64,000 nt of DNA from Gemmatimonadota bacterium (GCA_038153405.1 JAYOYH010000007.1:32001-96000); one strand, 5' to 3'. Positions 20,148 through 30,311 are shown, counted from the first letter of the stretch. Made by a program: numbers and translations. Notes: a model not told the origin generated them from the sequence alone.

Positions 20148-20417
20148 TTAGTGGAGGCCTTCTTCAAAGCTGTAGAGCACGGTGCGCAAGCGCTCCATAT
20201 CTTGCGTTGGCACCGCAGCCAGGCGCCGCTCCGGGCCGATCTTAAGCCAGAGCGCGCGCCAAAGGGACAAATCAGAGGCCAAGGGCGAAGCTGGCGGCCG
20301 TTCCCCTTCTGCCCGCTTAGAGCGGCGCAGTGTGCCTAAGACAATATAGGCAATGGCACCTAGAACGTCTAGGACGATGACGATCTGTAGGAGGTGGGTG
20401 AGAAATTGATCCAACAT
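20148..20417 (-). CDS. Small hypothetical membrane protein
   Basis: 89 aa with an N-terminal hydrophobic helix; GAGGA upstream. Confidence 0.55.
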   Translation of the reverse strand: MLDQFLTHLLQIVIVLDVLGAIAYIVLGTLRRSKRAEGERPPASPLASDLSLWRALWLKIGPERRLAAVPTQDMERLRTVLYSFEEGLH

Positions 20418-20534
20418 GCGCGCTGAAGGTCCTCGTATGAGCCGATGTCGACGATCGCTAGTGGCTCCAGTTTTTGTTAATATAATAAAACTTGATACTA
20501 AGTCATACTTTATATCGGCCTGCGCTGAGATAAC

Positions 20535-20563
20535 TTGACAGGTTTATGGGAGGTCGGTATCAT
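20535..20563 (+). promoter_or_regulatory. Sigma70-type promoter
   Basis: TTGACA-N17-TATCAT in the AT-rich intergenic region upstream of the 20645 gene. Confidence 0.65.
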
Positions 20564-20644
20564 TAAAAAAGTATTTCGGCGAAAAGAGACGAGTGTTTTG
20601 ACGCTCGATTTTTTTTGTAGGTAATAGTAAAAAAAGGGGCTTAT

Positions 20645-21508
20645 ATGCTGATCGATGCCCATAATCATCCCAATTGGCACGGCTTTAATGCGGATAAGAT
20701 CCTGCGCAATATGGACGAGCAGGGAATCGACCAAATGTGGCTCTTTAGCTGGGAAGTGCCCGAAGACGAATACGCTCCGTCCTACCACGCCGTGCTGCCG
20801 CCTACGGGGATGGGCATTCCACTCGAGGATGTGATTGAGGTTGGCAAGGCAGCCCCCGACCGCTTTGTATTGGGGTACATGCCGCATCCTAAGCGGCCCG
20901 ATGCCATAGACCGCCTCAAGGCGGCCGTCGAGATCCATGGGATTCGCCTCGCCTCTGAACTCAAGGTGCGCTTGCCCTTTGACGATCCGGACGCCCTGCG
21001 CCTGTACGCCTTTTGCGGCGAGCAAAAACTGCCCATCACCATTCACCTCGACTATCCCATCGATCACGGCCGCGGTCATTATCCGCGGCCCAACTGGTGG
21101 TACGGCGGCAGCTTGGACGCCTTTGAGCGGGCCGTTGTCGCCTGTCCGGAAACCGTTTTTATCGGCCACGCCCCCGGATTTTGGGCTCATATTTCGGGCG
21201 ACGATCAGTTTGATAAGGCCGCCTACCCCGAGGGGCCGGTCGTGCCCGGCGGACGCGTCGGCCAAATGCTGCGCACCCATGCCAACCTCTACGCCGATTT
21301 GTCGGCCGGTTCGGGGCTGCGCGCACTGCAGCGCGACGCGGAATTTGGCCGGCAGTTTCTCATCGAATTTCAGGATCGTCTGCTCTTTGGCCGAGATTAT
21401 TTCGATACCCGCCTTATGGATTTTCTCCTCGAAGCTAAACTGCCTCCGGAAGCCTTTGCCAAGATTACCCATCGCAATGCCGAGCACTTGCTACATGCCT
21501 ATCTCTAA
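20645..21508 (+). CDS. Amidohydrolase_2-family metal-dependent hydrolase
   Basis: IDAHNH, LPITIH, FIGH, LYADLSAGSG, DRLLFGRD. Confidence 0.87.
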   Translation: MLIDAHNHPNWHGFNADKILRNMDEQGIDQMWLFSWEVPEDEYAPSYHAVLPPTGMGIPLEDVIEVGKAAPDRFVLGYMPHPKRPDAIDRLKAAVEIHGIRLASELKVRLPFDDPDALRLYAFCGEQKLPITIHLDYPIDHGRGHYPRPNWWYGGSLDAFERAVVACPETVFIGHAPGFWAHISGDDQFDKAAYPEGPVVPGGRVGQMLRTHANLYADLSAGSGLRALQRDAEFGRQFLIEFQDRLLFGRDYFDTRLMDFLLEAKLPPEAFAKITHRNAEHLLHAYL

Positions 21509-21600
21509 ACGAGCGCTCTTTTGAATGAGCCTAGCGCTGCCTACCGACCGCATGTGCATTGCGTTGCCACGTTCTCTTCTCCCGTCCGGTATTAGGTGCG

Positions 21601-22542
21601 ATGAATCCCCTAGAAATCTTCTGGTTTATACTGGGTTTGGTTGGACTGTACTTCGGTGCAGAATGGATGGTCACAGGTGCTTCGCGCGCTGCCGGCAGCT
21701 TTGGCATACGGCCCATCGTCGTCGGCCTGACGGTGGTGGCTTTTGGCACCTCCAGCCCCGAGTTGGCGGTGAGTATGATTGCCGTTTTCGAGGAGAGCAA
21801 CGGCATTGCCATCGGTAATATCATCGGCAGCAATATTGCCAATGTGGGACTTATTTTGGGCGCTTCAGCCCTCGTTTCTCCGCTCAAGGTAGAGCTCAAT
21901 GTCCTGCGCAGAGAGCTGCCGATTATGGTCTTTGTATCCCTGCTTTTTATTGTTCTACTCTACGACGGCACTATAGGGTTTTGGGATGGATGCCTGCTCT
22001 TTGTCGGCCTCCTAGTCTACTTGGCTTACCAGCTGCGCGGTCTGTTTAAGGGTGGCCAACCAACGGCCGAGTTGCCGAAGGGCCAGGGAGTGGCACCGCG
22101 CCACGGATGGAATGCGCTGTTGATCGTCGTGGGGCTGGGTCTGTTGGTGGGGGGAGCGAACCTGATGATCGAGTCGGGTATTGTTATTGCCAAAATGTTC
22201 GGCATTAGCGAAATCGCTATTGGCATTGCGCTGGTAGCCGTCGGAACGTCACTGCCCGAATTGGCCACCTCTATGGTAAGCGCCTTTCGCGGCGAGAGCG
22301 ATATATCGGTTGGCAATATCATCGGTAGCAATATTTTCAACATCATGTGCGTCGTGGGGTTGGTCTCGATGATCGCCCCGTTGTCCGTAAGCGCGGAACT
22401 GCTTTATTTTGAACTACCCGTTATGATTGCGTTTAGTCTCGTGCTCTTTCCCTTTATGCGTTCGGGCTTTGTCCTCAGTCGCTTGGAGGGAGCGGCGCTA
22501 CTCGTCGGATATGCCGTATTCATGGTTTTTGTGTTTGACTGA
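21601..22542 (+). CDS. Calcium/sodium antiporter (CaCA, YrbG-like)
   Basis: Two alpha repeats, GTSSPEL..GNIIGSNIAN and GTSLPEL..GNIIGSNIFN. Confidence 0.93.
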   Translation: MNPLEIFWFILGLVGLYFGAEWMVTGASRAAGSFGIRPIVVGLTVVAFGTSSPELAVSMIAVFEESNGIAIGNIIGSNIANVGLILGASALVSPLKVELNVLRRELPIMVFVSLLFIVLLYDGTIGFWDGCLLFVGLLVYLAYQLRGLFKGGQPTAELPKGQGVAPRHGWNALLIVVGLGLLVGGANLMIESGIVIAKMFGISEIAIGIALVAVGTSLPELATSMVSAFRGESDISVGNIIGSNIFNIMCVVGLVSMIAPLSVSAELLYFELPVMIAFSLVLFPFMRSGFVLSRLEGAALLVGYAVFMVFVFD

Positions 22543-22650
22543 TTCAGATTGCGCACATCGGGTGGAAGAGGCAAGAGCGCGCAACCGAACTCAGGTTAGG
22601 CGTTGGCGCATCGGGCGCATAGGTGATTTAAAAAAGCAAAGGAGTTTGAC

Positions 22651-23421
22651 ATGGATCTGGGTTTAGGAGGCAAAGTCGCCATCGTCAGCGGTGCCAGTCG
22701 CGGGATTGGCCGCTCTATTGCGCTGGCACTAGCCGCCGAAGGCGCTAAGCTGTGCGTTTGTGCTCGCAATGAGGAGGGCCTCACCATAGCCGCAGAGGAG
22801 ATGCGCGTCGCCGGAGCAGAGGTTGAAGCGCTCGCGCTGGACGTGACGACGGCAGAGGGCGCCGACGCGCTGGTCGCCGGTGCGGTGGCCCGCTTTGGCG
22901 GCGTCGACATTCTCGTCAACAACGTCGGTGGCTCAGTATGGACCCCCTTTGCCGAAATAAGCGATGACGAGTGGAACCACGTGCTCAATTTGAGCTTTAT
23001 GTCGGCCGTGCGCGTAAGCCGAGCCGCGTTCCCGGTGATGGAGCGAAGAGGGGGCGGCAGCATCGTCAACATCTCGTCGATCTTTGGCCGCGAGACAGGG
23101 GGGCCCATTTCATACAACGCCGCTAAGTCGGCCATGATCAGCATGTCGTCCAATTTGGCCATAGAGGGTGCCGGCAAGAATATTCGCGTCAATTCGGTAG
23201 CGCCGGGATCCATTATCTTTCCCGGCGGCAGCTGGGAGCGCCGGCAGAAGGAAAACCCCGAGCAGATTGCCGCATTTATCGATGCCAATCTGCCCTTTGG
23301 GCGCTTCGGCAAGCCGGAAGAGGTAGCCGACGTCGTTGCTTTTCTCGTTTCCGAGCGCGGCAGTTGGGTCACGGGCGCGTGCATCAATGTCGACGGTGGC
23401 CAGTCCAAATCGAATACGTGA
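22651..23421 (+). CDS. SDR-family oxidoreductase
   Basis: SGASRGIG, NNVG, YNAAK; AAGGAG RBS. Confidence 0.92.
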   Translation: MDLGLGGKVAIVSGASRGIGRSIALALAAEGAKLCVCARNEEGLTIAAEEMRVAGAEVEALALDVTTAEGADALVAGAVARFGGVDILVNNVGGSVWTPFAEISDDEWNHVLNLSFMSAVRVSRAAFPVMERRGGGSIVNISSIFGRETGGPISYNAAKSAMISMSSNLAIEGAGKNIRVNSVAPGSIIFPGGSWERRQKENPEQIAAFIDANLPFGRFGKPEEVADVVAFLVSERGSWVTGACINVDGGQSKSNT

Positions 23422-24451
23422 TTGGGCCGTGGCGTTCGGGCTGGTTATCGCCTTGCTCGTTGCAGGGCCCCTACTCGTCGATAAAACCGATGCGCAATCG
23501 CGCAAACAGTCGATCGACTTTCTCAACGAGCGCCTGAAGATTCCCGATTCGTCGAGGTTTACCGAAGGCGAATACATCGAGAGCGGCGTGGGGGTGCCCT
23601 TTGGCGTGGACAAGCGCCTCAGCTATTTTAGCGGCAACTACGCCGAGTCCATTACGCGCTTTAGCGAGGCGCTGCGTCGCTACCCCTACAAAGCGGAAAT
23701 ATGGGTATTTCTGGCGCGCTCTTTTTTCTATGAAAAGGTACCCGAAGAAGCCAAGCGGACGATTGAGCGCGCCGCTGAAGTGATGCCCGATCTAGCGGAG
23801 AGCTTCTGGGATCCTCTTTTGGAAAGCATGCTGGGCGAAATTCACAATCGCGCCTTAGAGCAGCAGGCGCAGATCGATTTTTATACGAGGAGCCAAGAGG
23901 AGTTTCTCGAACTTTTCCGACTCTTTCGCTTCCTGGTCGATGAAAATGGCATGGTTGGTATCGTGCTGCGGGCCGATGCCAAAGCGGCGAAAATGTCGTT
24001 TTTGGCGACGATGGTCTCGGCCGACTCGCGCACGCGCTACCGGGCCGAATCGGATAAGTGGGTGGCGCTGGCCGAGCAGATGCGCGGTGAAATGCGCAAC
24101 TTGGGGTTTTCGCCGCCGGAGGCTGTCGAAGTGCCGGTATACCGGGAGGAGGAAGTGCCCCTCGACGATGCCGACCTCCTCGAGCAGACGCACCAGTTGC
24201 AGCTAAAAGTCGATTTTTACCAGCCACTGCTAGCTGATTTTAGCGCCCTTTTTGAAAACTATCTTGCCCTAGACCTGCCCGATGGAGCGCGCTTTGTCCT
24301 TGAGGGATTGCAGCGCGAAGCCGGGCGCGTGCGCCTGCAGGCCGATACTGCCAACGACTTTGCCATGGCCAGCCAGTACGGCGAAGAGGCCGATGCGCTC
24401 GATGCGCTGCGCGAGGAACTCCTTCAGCGCTTGCCTGATAGCGGGCCCTGA
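23387..24451 (+). CDS. Exported or membrane-anchored TPR/helical protein
   Basis: N-terminal hydrophobic segment, TPR-like YFSGNYAESI..YPYKAEIWVFLAR, internal repeat QAQIDFY/QLKVDFY; start uncertain (23387 or 23429). Confidence 0.65.
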   Translation: MSTVASPNRIRDWAVAFGLVIALLVAGPLLVDKTDAQSRKQSIDFLNERLKIPDSSRFTEGEYIESGVGVPFGVDKRLSYFSGNYAESITRFSEALRRYPYKAEIWVFLARSFFYEKVPEEAKRTIERAAEVMPDLAESFWDPLLESMLGEIHNRALEQQAQIDFYTRSQEEFLELFRLFRFLVDENGMVGIVLRADAKAAKMSFLATMVSADSRTRYRAESDKWVALAEQMRGEMRNLGFSPPEAVEVPVYREEEVPLDDADLLEQTHQLQLKVDFYQPLLADFSALFENYLALDLPDGARFVLEGLQREAGRVRLQADTANDFAMASQYGEEADALDALREELLQRLPDSGP

Positions 24452-25602
24452 TGAACTGGGTCGCCGCATTGCTGCTGCTGTGGTGCGCGGGCGAGTGCAT
24501 GGCGAATACCCCCCTTGCGTGGCGTCGCGAGTACAATCAGGTCGTCGCCAGCATCGATACGCTCACTCGCCTCAATGGCGATCAAGACGTTGAGGCCCTC
24601 GTGCGACAGCAGGGTAATCGGGGGGCGAACGTGCCGCTCGTGCTGCTGTTTTGGGCAGACGACGAGGCGGAAATATTCATCAACGGCTTTCGCATCGCCG
24701 AAACGCGCCTAACGCCGACGCAGGTGGAAATACCTGCTCTCTACCTGCGCGATATGAACCACATCCGCGCCCACTGCTGGGATACGGACAAGGTAGAGAG
24801 CGGGTTTATGGCGGGTTTATATGCGCGCGATGCTTCCGGCGGTCTGCGCCCGGTGCTGGTTACCAGCGAGGGGCCGTGGCGGATCGGTGAGAGACGCGCC
24901 GAAGTGCGCTTCTACTCCAACACGCAGCCCGATATCCCCGGTGCCGAGGTCATTTGGGGCGATGGGCTTTACGGCGAAGTGTGGTTGGAGGCCGAATTCA
25001 GCGCGCAGGCCATTCAGCAGGCGATGCAGCGTCCCGCGGTAGAGATGCCCGCGGCCAACCAGCAGTCGATGGAGGCACACGCCGTCCTGAGCCGCATAGT
25101 GCAGCTACAGACTCGGCAAAAAGAGCTTGAAGTGCGCTTGGGCGCTAGCGCTCAAGCGGCCGAAACGCCGCGCTATAAGGGCTATGTCAGCGGTCGTTTG
25201 GGGTTTAGTTTGGGGCGGGCGGGCAGGCTGGCCGAGCGGGAAAATCGCCTGCAGGCCGAAGCGCTGTACCAATGGGCGCAGGCGCTACCTGCCCAAGAGC
25301 GCGCGCTCGTTTTTCGCCCGCCGCGCCAGTTAAAAGGGGCCGAAGCCGCCGTGCAGCGCCAGTCGCTGGCCGCCGGCGGGAGCGAGGGACGCGCGGATCG
25401 CCGCAAAGACTACTTGCCGCCGCCGGAACGAGCACCGCAGCGCGCAGGGCAGACCGCGGCTGCCTTCGCCGTTTCCCTACCTGCTGCGGGTCGCGCTATG
25501 GCTTGGTTGAGTTGGACGGCATTGATCGGATTGCTGGGGTATGCCGCTGCGGCTGGAAGGCATTGGTGGTCCCTTTTTACAGCTGAGGATTGGAAGCGAT
25601 GA
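24451..25602 (+). CDS. Exported protein with galactose-binding-like beta-sandwich and C-terminal TM anchor
   Basis: Signal peptide; WADDEAEIFING..N.I.A....SGFMAGL..VTS..W jelly-roll pattern; C-terminal hydrophobic helix. Confidence 0.55.
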   Translation: MNWVAALLLLWCAGECMANTPLAWRREYNQVVASIDTLTRLNGDQDVEALVRQQGNRGANVPLVLLFWADDEAEIFINGFRIAETRLTPTQVEIPALYLRDMNHIRAHCWDTDKVESGFMAGLYARDASGGLRPVLVTSEGPWRIGERRAEVRFYSNTQPDIPGAEVIWGDGLYGEVWLEAEFSAQAIQQAMQRPAVEMPAANQQSMEAHAVLSRIVQLQTRQKELEVRLGASAQAAETPRYKGYVSGRLGFSLGRAGRLAERENRLQAEALYQWAQALPAQERALVFRPPRQLKGAEAAVQRQSLAAGGSEGRADRRKDYLPPPERAPQRAGQTAAAFAVSLPAAGRAMAWLSWTALIGLLGYAAAAGRHWWSLFTAEDWKR

Positions 25603-26366
25603 ACGCATTGCTCATCGTAGTTGGTATTGCCCTTGTCGCCGCTGGCGGGATTAGCGGCAGCTTGCTGCAGCTAATGCGCGCGCGCCGGTTACATCTGCGC
25701 GATCGCGAGCACGGCGTAGCGGTAGAACCCCTACGCCACGTGGCCGGTGCCATAGGAGCGGTGGCCGGGGTAATCGTCGGTGCGTTAGTCGCCTATTACC
25801 TATCGCTTAACCAGCGCGCCGATCTGATCGCCTGGGTCGGACGCTGCTCATATGTACTCATCGCCTGGTCGGCCAGCGGCCACCTGATTACGCTGGCGCA
25901 TATGGGATTGCATCTGGTGCGGGAGGAACGAGCCCTGCGCAAATTAGGATCGGACCCATCGCTGACCGCGCGTCGGTTGCACCTGCTGCAGGAAGAGCGC
26001 AGGACGCACCGCCACTACATCGATTTCAAGACGCGCGATGAAGAGGTAATGGATGGGTTGATCGGATTCTTTGCCGAACCGCTGCTCAACGCACGGCGGG
26101 ATATGGCCCGCCTGCCCCTCTACGGCTATCTGGGCACGGTGTGCGGCATTTTACTCATGGCGCAGGAGTTGGGCCAGATCGACGAGGCTTCCCAGACGTT
26201 TAAGGTGCTATCCTCTATGGCCGAGGGATTGGCCTTGGCTTTTAAGACGACGCTGGTCGCTCTGGTTTCTTACCTACCGCTGCGCAAGGCCGTCGACTAC
26301 ATGTTGCAGCGCGTTGCCGTTGTCGAGGGAGCCTGGCGGCGCATGCGCGAGGATGCGAACGCATGA
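25590..26366 (+). CDS. Divergent MotA/TolQ/ExbB-family proton channel protein
   Basis: LPLYGYLGTVCGIL and GLALAFKTTLVALV match ExbB TM2/TM3; three N-terminal hydrophobic segments. Confidence 0.75.
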   Translation: MEAMNALLIVVGIALVAAGGISGSLLQLMRARRLHLRDREHGVAVEPLRHVAGAIGAVAGVIVGALVAYYLSLNQRADLIAWVGRCSYVLIAWSASGHLITLAHMGLHLVREERALRKLGSDPSLTARRLHLLQEERRTHRHYIDFKTRDEEVMDGLIGFFAEPLLNARRDMARLPLYGYLGTVCGILLMAQELGQIDEASQTFKVLSSMAEGLALAFKTTLVALVSYLPLRKAVDYMLQRVAVVEGAWRRMREDANA

Positions 26367-26782
26367 GCCGTTTACTGCGGCGTTGGGAAGAGGAGGTCGA
26401 AGAGCACGATATTAGCAAAGAGCTCTTTCTCGGCATTATGATGCTCATGCTCTGTTTGGGTATTATGATTCTCAACGCGACGCAGCCGGTCTGGCGCGTC
26501 CACCGACACGATCCGCAGCCCGATGATATTGTCGTACTCTACACGCGCGATGGGCTTGGTCTTTCGCAGGACGGCTACACGATTGTCCAGCCGCTGGCCG
26601 AGGCTAGCTTTCGCAAACTGGTGCAGGGAATGGTCAGCGATCCCGAAGCGGATTTGCATCTCTTCTTAAAGGGAGGCAGCCGCGACCAATTGGTGCGCCA
26701 TGCATCGTTTGCCGATTCGCTGCTGTCGACGGATCAGGCGGGCAACAAAGTGCGCACCGCCGTATACGTCCATACGTGGTAG
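26363..26782 (+). CDS. Divergent ExbD/TolR-like single-TM partner
   Basis: ATGA overlap with the ExbB-like gene; acidic N-tail, single TM, ~100-aa extracytoplasmic domain. Confidence 0.55.
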   Translation: MSRLLRRWEEEVEEHDISKELFLGIMMLMLCLGIMILNATQPVWRVHRHDPQPDDIVVLYTRDGLGLSQDGYTIVQPLAEASFRKLVQGMVSDPEADLHLFLKGGSRDQLVRHASFADSLLSTDQAGNKVRTAVYVHTW

Positions 26783-26785
26783 AAC

Positions 26786-26827
26786 AAAAAAGGGGCTGGA
26801 GGCCGCTCGGCTCCAACCCCTTTTTTT
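26786..26827. terminator. Bidirectional intrinsic terminator
   Basis: AAAAAA-GGGGcTGGAgGCC-gctc-GGCTCCAaCCCC-TTTTTTT between convergent genes. Confidence 0.8.
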
Positions 26828-26843
26828 GCGGTTGATCTATGCG

Positions 26844-27662
26844 CTAATTCCCAATTACAGCGAGGACGTCAGTGCCCGCGACCATTTCGTTTAAAAAGGT
26901 GATGGTCGTTTGCCCATCGGCCGTTTTGAGTTTGTAATCATCGCCTTTTTTCAACGTGCCATAGCGGTCGGCCAGAGCGTTTACCTTGCCCGCCACGACG
27001 ACTTCAGTGCCGACGGGTACTAACTGCACGCCGGGGTCTTCAGGGTCGACCTTCTTGACTAGCTTATACTGCTTGCGGAAGGCGCTGCCAAAAGGGCGGC
27101 TGGTATCGAGGTAGCCGTTTTCCTGCAGAAATTGCTCGCTTGCCACATATAGGCGTACCGAAGTTTGCGCAGCCTTGAGCGTCGAGACTTGGTCTTGGGT
27201 TTTGGCCAGGTCCATTTCCAACTGGCGAATGTGGTCGCTCTGGCGGCGGATGGAGGTGTGGGCTTCCAAGAGCACCGTATTGAGGCTGTCGGCTTGTCCG
27301 CGCAGGCTGGCAATGGTGCGGCTATCGGCCTGCTTATCCTCTTTAAGACGGCGGATTTCGGCCTGCAGTCGGTCGTTCTGCTGTCGGCGCTGCTCGGCCA
27401 AATTGCGGAACTCGCGCAGCGATTTATTGAGGCCCTGCACGTCGCTGATGAGCTTCTCGTTGACGTGCTGTGCGCTATCGGCTTTGGCGCGCATGGCGTC
27501 GAGCAGCAGGTTGGAGTCGTCGAGCGTATAGGTTAGCGAATCAATGGCCGAGTTGGCCGAGTTGAGGTCGGTCTGCAGCTGGGCCAGCATCTGCTCCTGC
27601 TCTTCGTTGGCGCAGGCCGTCAACGAAACTGCAGTGCAGACAAGGGCGATATAGCGTAGCAT
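26844..27662 (-). CDS. Coiled-coil lipoprotein with C-terminal globular domain
   Basis: Lipobox LTAC, ~150-aa heptad region, AAGGAG RBS. Confidence 0.7.
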   Translation of the reverse strand: MLRYIALVCTAVSLTACANEEQEQMLAQLQTDLNSANSAIDSLTYTLDDSNLLLDAMRAKADSAQHVNEKLISDVQGLNKSLREFRNLAEQRRQQNDRLQAEIRRLKEDKQADSRTIASLRGQADSLNTVLLEAHTSIRRQSDHIRQLEMDLAKTQDQVSTLKAAQTSVRLYVASEQFLQENGYLDTSRPFGSAFRKQYKLVKKVDPEDPGVQLVPVGTEVVVAGKVNALADRYGTLKKGDDYKLKTADGQTTITFLNEMVAGTDVLAVIGN

Positions 27663-27679
27663 GAGAGCTCCTTTGTGCG

Positions 27680-28537
27680 TTATTTAAACTCTTTTGTGTA
27701 CAGGCTATCGACTTCGGCCATGGTCTTGTTCAAGTCGTCGTAGAGCGAGGCTTGGTTGCGCGCCAATGCGTCGATCTTCTGCGCTGTCAAATCCTGTATC
27801 TCGCGGGTGGTGTTGACCTTTCCAAGCAGCGTATTCTGCCTTGAGTCGAGGGATGCCGTCGTCGTATTGAGCTTGGCCAAGTCGCTCTGCACCGCACTGA
27901 GTTGCTGTTGCATGGTTTGCTGCCAGCGGCGCTGTGCTTCAGTAAATTCGCGATAGCGCGCATCTTCCTGAACAAAGCGATCTTCGAGCGTTTTATTGGT
28001 CTGCTGCTGGTAGGCCAGCCTAGCGCGTCGTTCGGCTTCGAGCTTAGATTCGAGAGCGTCAGTGGCCTCGCTTTGGTCGGCCAACGCTTGGCGCGTCCGC
28101 TCGTGGTTGCTGCGTTCGTTTTGTAGGTCGCGCCGCACTTCGAATTCCGACTGAGTCAGATTGGCTTTTTCCTCCAATTGGGCGGCGAGCCGTACGCTGA
28201 GGGCATTGAGTCGCGACGAAAACTCATTCATCTGTTCGTTGAGCTCTTGGCGATGCTCTTTTTGGCGTTCGTGATTGGTGTAGAGCACCAGGCCCATAAC
28301 GCTGCCGGCCACCAGCGTGGCATAGGCGCCGAGTAGGAAGATATGTTTGCGTTCAAACATATCGACGACGCGCAGCAGGCCGATTATACCGCCCCAAATC
28401 AGAACAATGCCGCCCGCGATTGCGGCGATGATTACGTTCAACGGGCTAATCCTCACTTGCCATGTGTAAGGGGATACAAAAGAAAAAATAACATGCTCTA
28501 CAGTGCGGCGCAAACGCCAATGTGTAGCGGTCGCCAT
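27680..28537 (-). CDS. Membrane-anchored coiled-coil protein
   Basis: Two TM helices followed by long heptad repeats; start uncertain. Confidence 0.65.
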   Translation of the reverse strand: MATATHWRLRRTVEHVIFSFVSPYTWQVRISPLNVIIAAIAGGIVLIWGGIIGLLRVVDMFERKHIFLLGAYATLVAGSVMGLVLYTNHERQKEHRQELNEQMNEFSSRLNALSVRLAAQLEEKANLTQSEFEVRRDLQNERSNHERTRQALADQSEATDALESKLEAERRARLAYQQQTNKTLEDRFVQEDARYREFTEAQRRWQQTMQQQLSAVQSDLAKLNTTTASLDSRQNTLLGKVNTTREIQDLTAQKIDALARNQASLYDDLNKTMAEVDSLYTKEFK

Positions 28538-28634
28538 TCGCCGTGCCGTTGCAAAAAGGGCGATTGCCCGTAATGTTTAATGAAGTGATTTAAAGGAAAT
28601 TTTTTTGAGCGAACGGTTAACGGGGGAGCGGGCT

Positions 28635-30290
28635 TTGCCGCGTAAAAAAGTCTCATATGGATTTGGGCATATGCTGTGGACCATCGCACTGTCGGGCACT
28701 GTGGCGACTGTGCTCAGTGCACAGCAGGTCCATTTCGTCGACGTGACGCGGGCCGTCGGCATTGAATTTACCCATTACAATGGCGTTAGCGAAGAAAAGC
28801 GCCTGCCCGAGACGGACGGTTCCGGTGGGGCTTTTCTCGACTACGATAACGACGGCGACCTCGATCTCTACCTGGTCAACAGCGGCGATCTCATAGAGGG
28901 ACGCGGACCGTGGCACAATGCGCTCTACCGCAACGATGGGTCACTTTTTGCCGACGTTACCCAAGCTACAAACACGGCCGGTGAGCGCTATGGCATGGGG
29001 GTGGTTGCCGCCGACTACGACAACGACGGCGACGCCGATATGTATCTGACCAACTGGGGTGAGGATGCGCTCTACCGCAACGATGGGGGGTCTTTTACCA
29101 ATGCGACGGGTGCGGCGGGTATTTCCAATGAGGCGTGGGGCAGCAGTGCGGCTTTTTTCGATTACGATAACGACGGCGACCTCGATCTATTTGTCGTCAA
29201 CTACGTCGACTTTAGCCTTCAGACGCACAAGTGGTGTGGGCACGAGGCGCTGGGGCTGCGCTTTTACTGCGATCCACGTCAGCACAACCCCACTGTCGAT
29301 CTGCTTTTTCGCAACAACGGCGATGGGACCTTTAGCGATATTGGACAGCAGGCAGGCATTGTCGAAAAGGGCAACGGCTTGGGATTGGCGTGCTGGGACT
29401 ACGACAACGACGGCGATCAGGATGTCTACGTAGCCAATGATATGGAGGCCAATTTCCTATACGAAAACCAGGGGAACGGCCAGTTTTTGGAAGCCGGTTT
29501 GCTCTCGGGCACGGCGCTGAGCGCCGACGGCGCGGCGCAGGCGGGCATGGGCGTGGATACGGGTGACTTTGACGGCGACGGCGATCTCGATCTATTTGTG
29601 ACCAACTACCAATTGGAAAACAACGCGCTCTACCGCAACGACGGTCTGATGTTTAGCGACGTTAGCTTCCGCACGGGATTGGGAGAAATCAGCCTGAACT
29701 ACTTGGGGTTTGGCGCTCTATTTACGGATTTCGATAACGACGGGTGGTTGGATCTATTTGTAGCCAATGGACACGTGCACGACAATATCGAGGCATACGA
29801 TAAGCTGGTTACCTATGCGCAGAAAGCGCAGCTTTTCCGCAACGAAATGGGTTCCTTTCGCGAGTTGACGGTCGATGCTGGACCGGCCTTTCAGGCAGAA
29901 TACGTCGGACGCGGCACGGCGCAGGGCGACTACGATAGCGATGGAGATATGGATCTACTGTTGACCAATTCGGGCGGCGCAGCCGCGCTGCTGCGCAACG
30001 AGGGGGGCAACGCCGGAAATTGGCTGCAGGTCGATCTACGGGGAACGCTAAGCAACCGCGACGGGATAGGCGCGATTGTGCGCCTAGAGGCGGGGGGCAT
30101 GCAGCGCATGCAGCAGGTCAAAGCCGGATCGGGCTATCAGTCGAGCAGCCAGAAGGCGCTCTTTTTCGGATTGGGCCGCATCGAGCGCGTTGAACGTATT
30201 GGCATCGAGTGGCCTTCCGGGGTCAGGCAATACATACGCGATATCGCGGCAAATCAGGCGATATACATCGTCGAAGAGACGGCTCCCTAA
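28635..30290 (+). CDS. CRTAC1-family protein (FG-GAP/VCBS repeats + ASPIC/UnbV)
   Basis: Repeated DYDNDGDxDL; NWLQVDLRG..NRDGIGA..FGLG..IEWPSG; TTG start after GGGAG. Confidence 0.9.
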   Translation: MPRKKVSYGFGHMLWTIALSGTVATVLSAQQVHFVDVTRAVGIEFTHYNGVSEEKRLPETDGSGGAFLDYDNDGDLDLYLVNSGDLIEGRGPWHNALYRNDGSLFADVTQATNTAGERYGMGVVAADYDNDGDADMYLTNWGEDALYRNDGGSFTNATGAAGISNEAWGSSAAFFDYDNDGDLDLFVVNYVDFSLQTHKWCGHEALGLRFYCDPRQHNPTVDLLFRNNGDGTFSDIGQQAGIVEKGNGLGLACWDYDNDGDQDVYVANDMEANFLYENQGNGQFLEAGLLSGTALSADGAAQAGMGVDTGDFDGDGDLDLFVTNYQLENNALYRNDGLMFSDVSFRTGLGEISLNYLGFGALFTDFDNDGWLDLFVANGHVHDNIEAYDKLVTYAQKAQLFRNEMGSFRELTVDAGPAFQAEYVGRGTAQGDYDSDGDMDLLLTNSGGAAALLRNEGGNAGNWLQVDLRGTLSNRDGIGAIVRLEAGGMQRMQQVKAGSGYQSSSQKALFFGLGRIERVERIGIEWPSGVRQYIRDIAANQAIYIVEETAP

Positions 30291-30311
30291 TGGGAAGGTC
30301 CGGTCTTGCCG

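Noticed and set aside
22145..22157. 13-nt exact match (TGGTGGGGGGAGC) to the tRNA-Tyr 3' end, possible att site
   Set aside because: Lies in frame within the antiporter (LVGGA), upstream rather than downstream of the tRNA; no integrase, and the intervening genes are housekeeping
25590..26782. Zorya (ZorAB) or flagellar MotAB interpretation
   Set aside because: No long ZorA cytoplasmic tail, no OmpA-type peptidoglycan-binding domain in the partner, no ZorC/D/E or flagellar genes nearby
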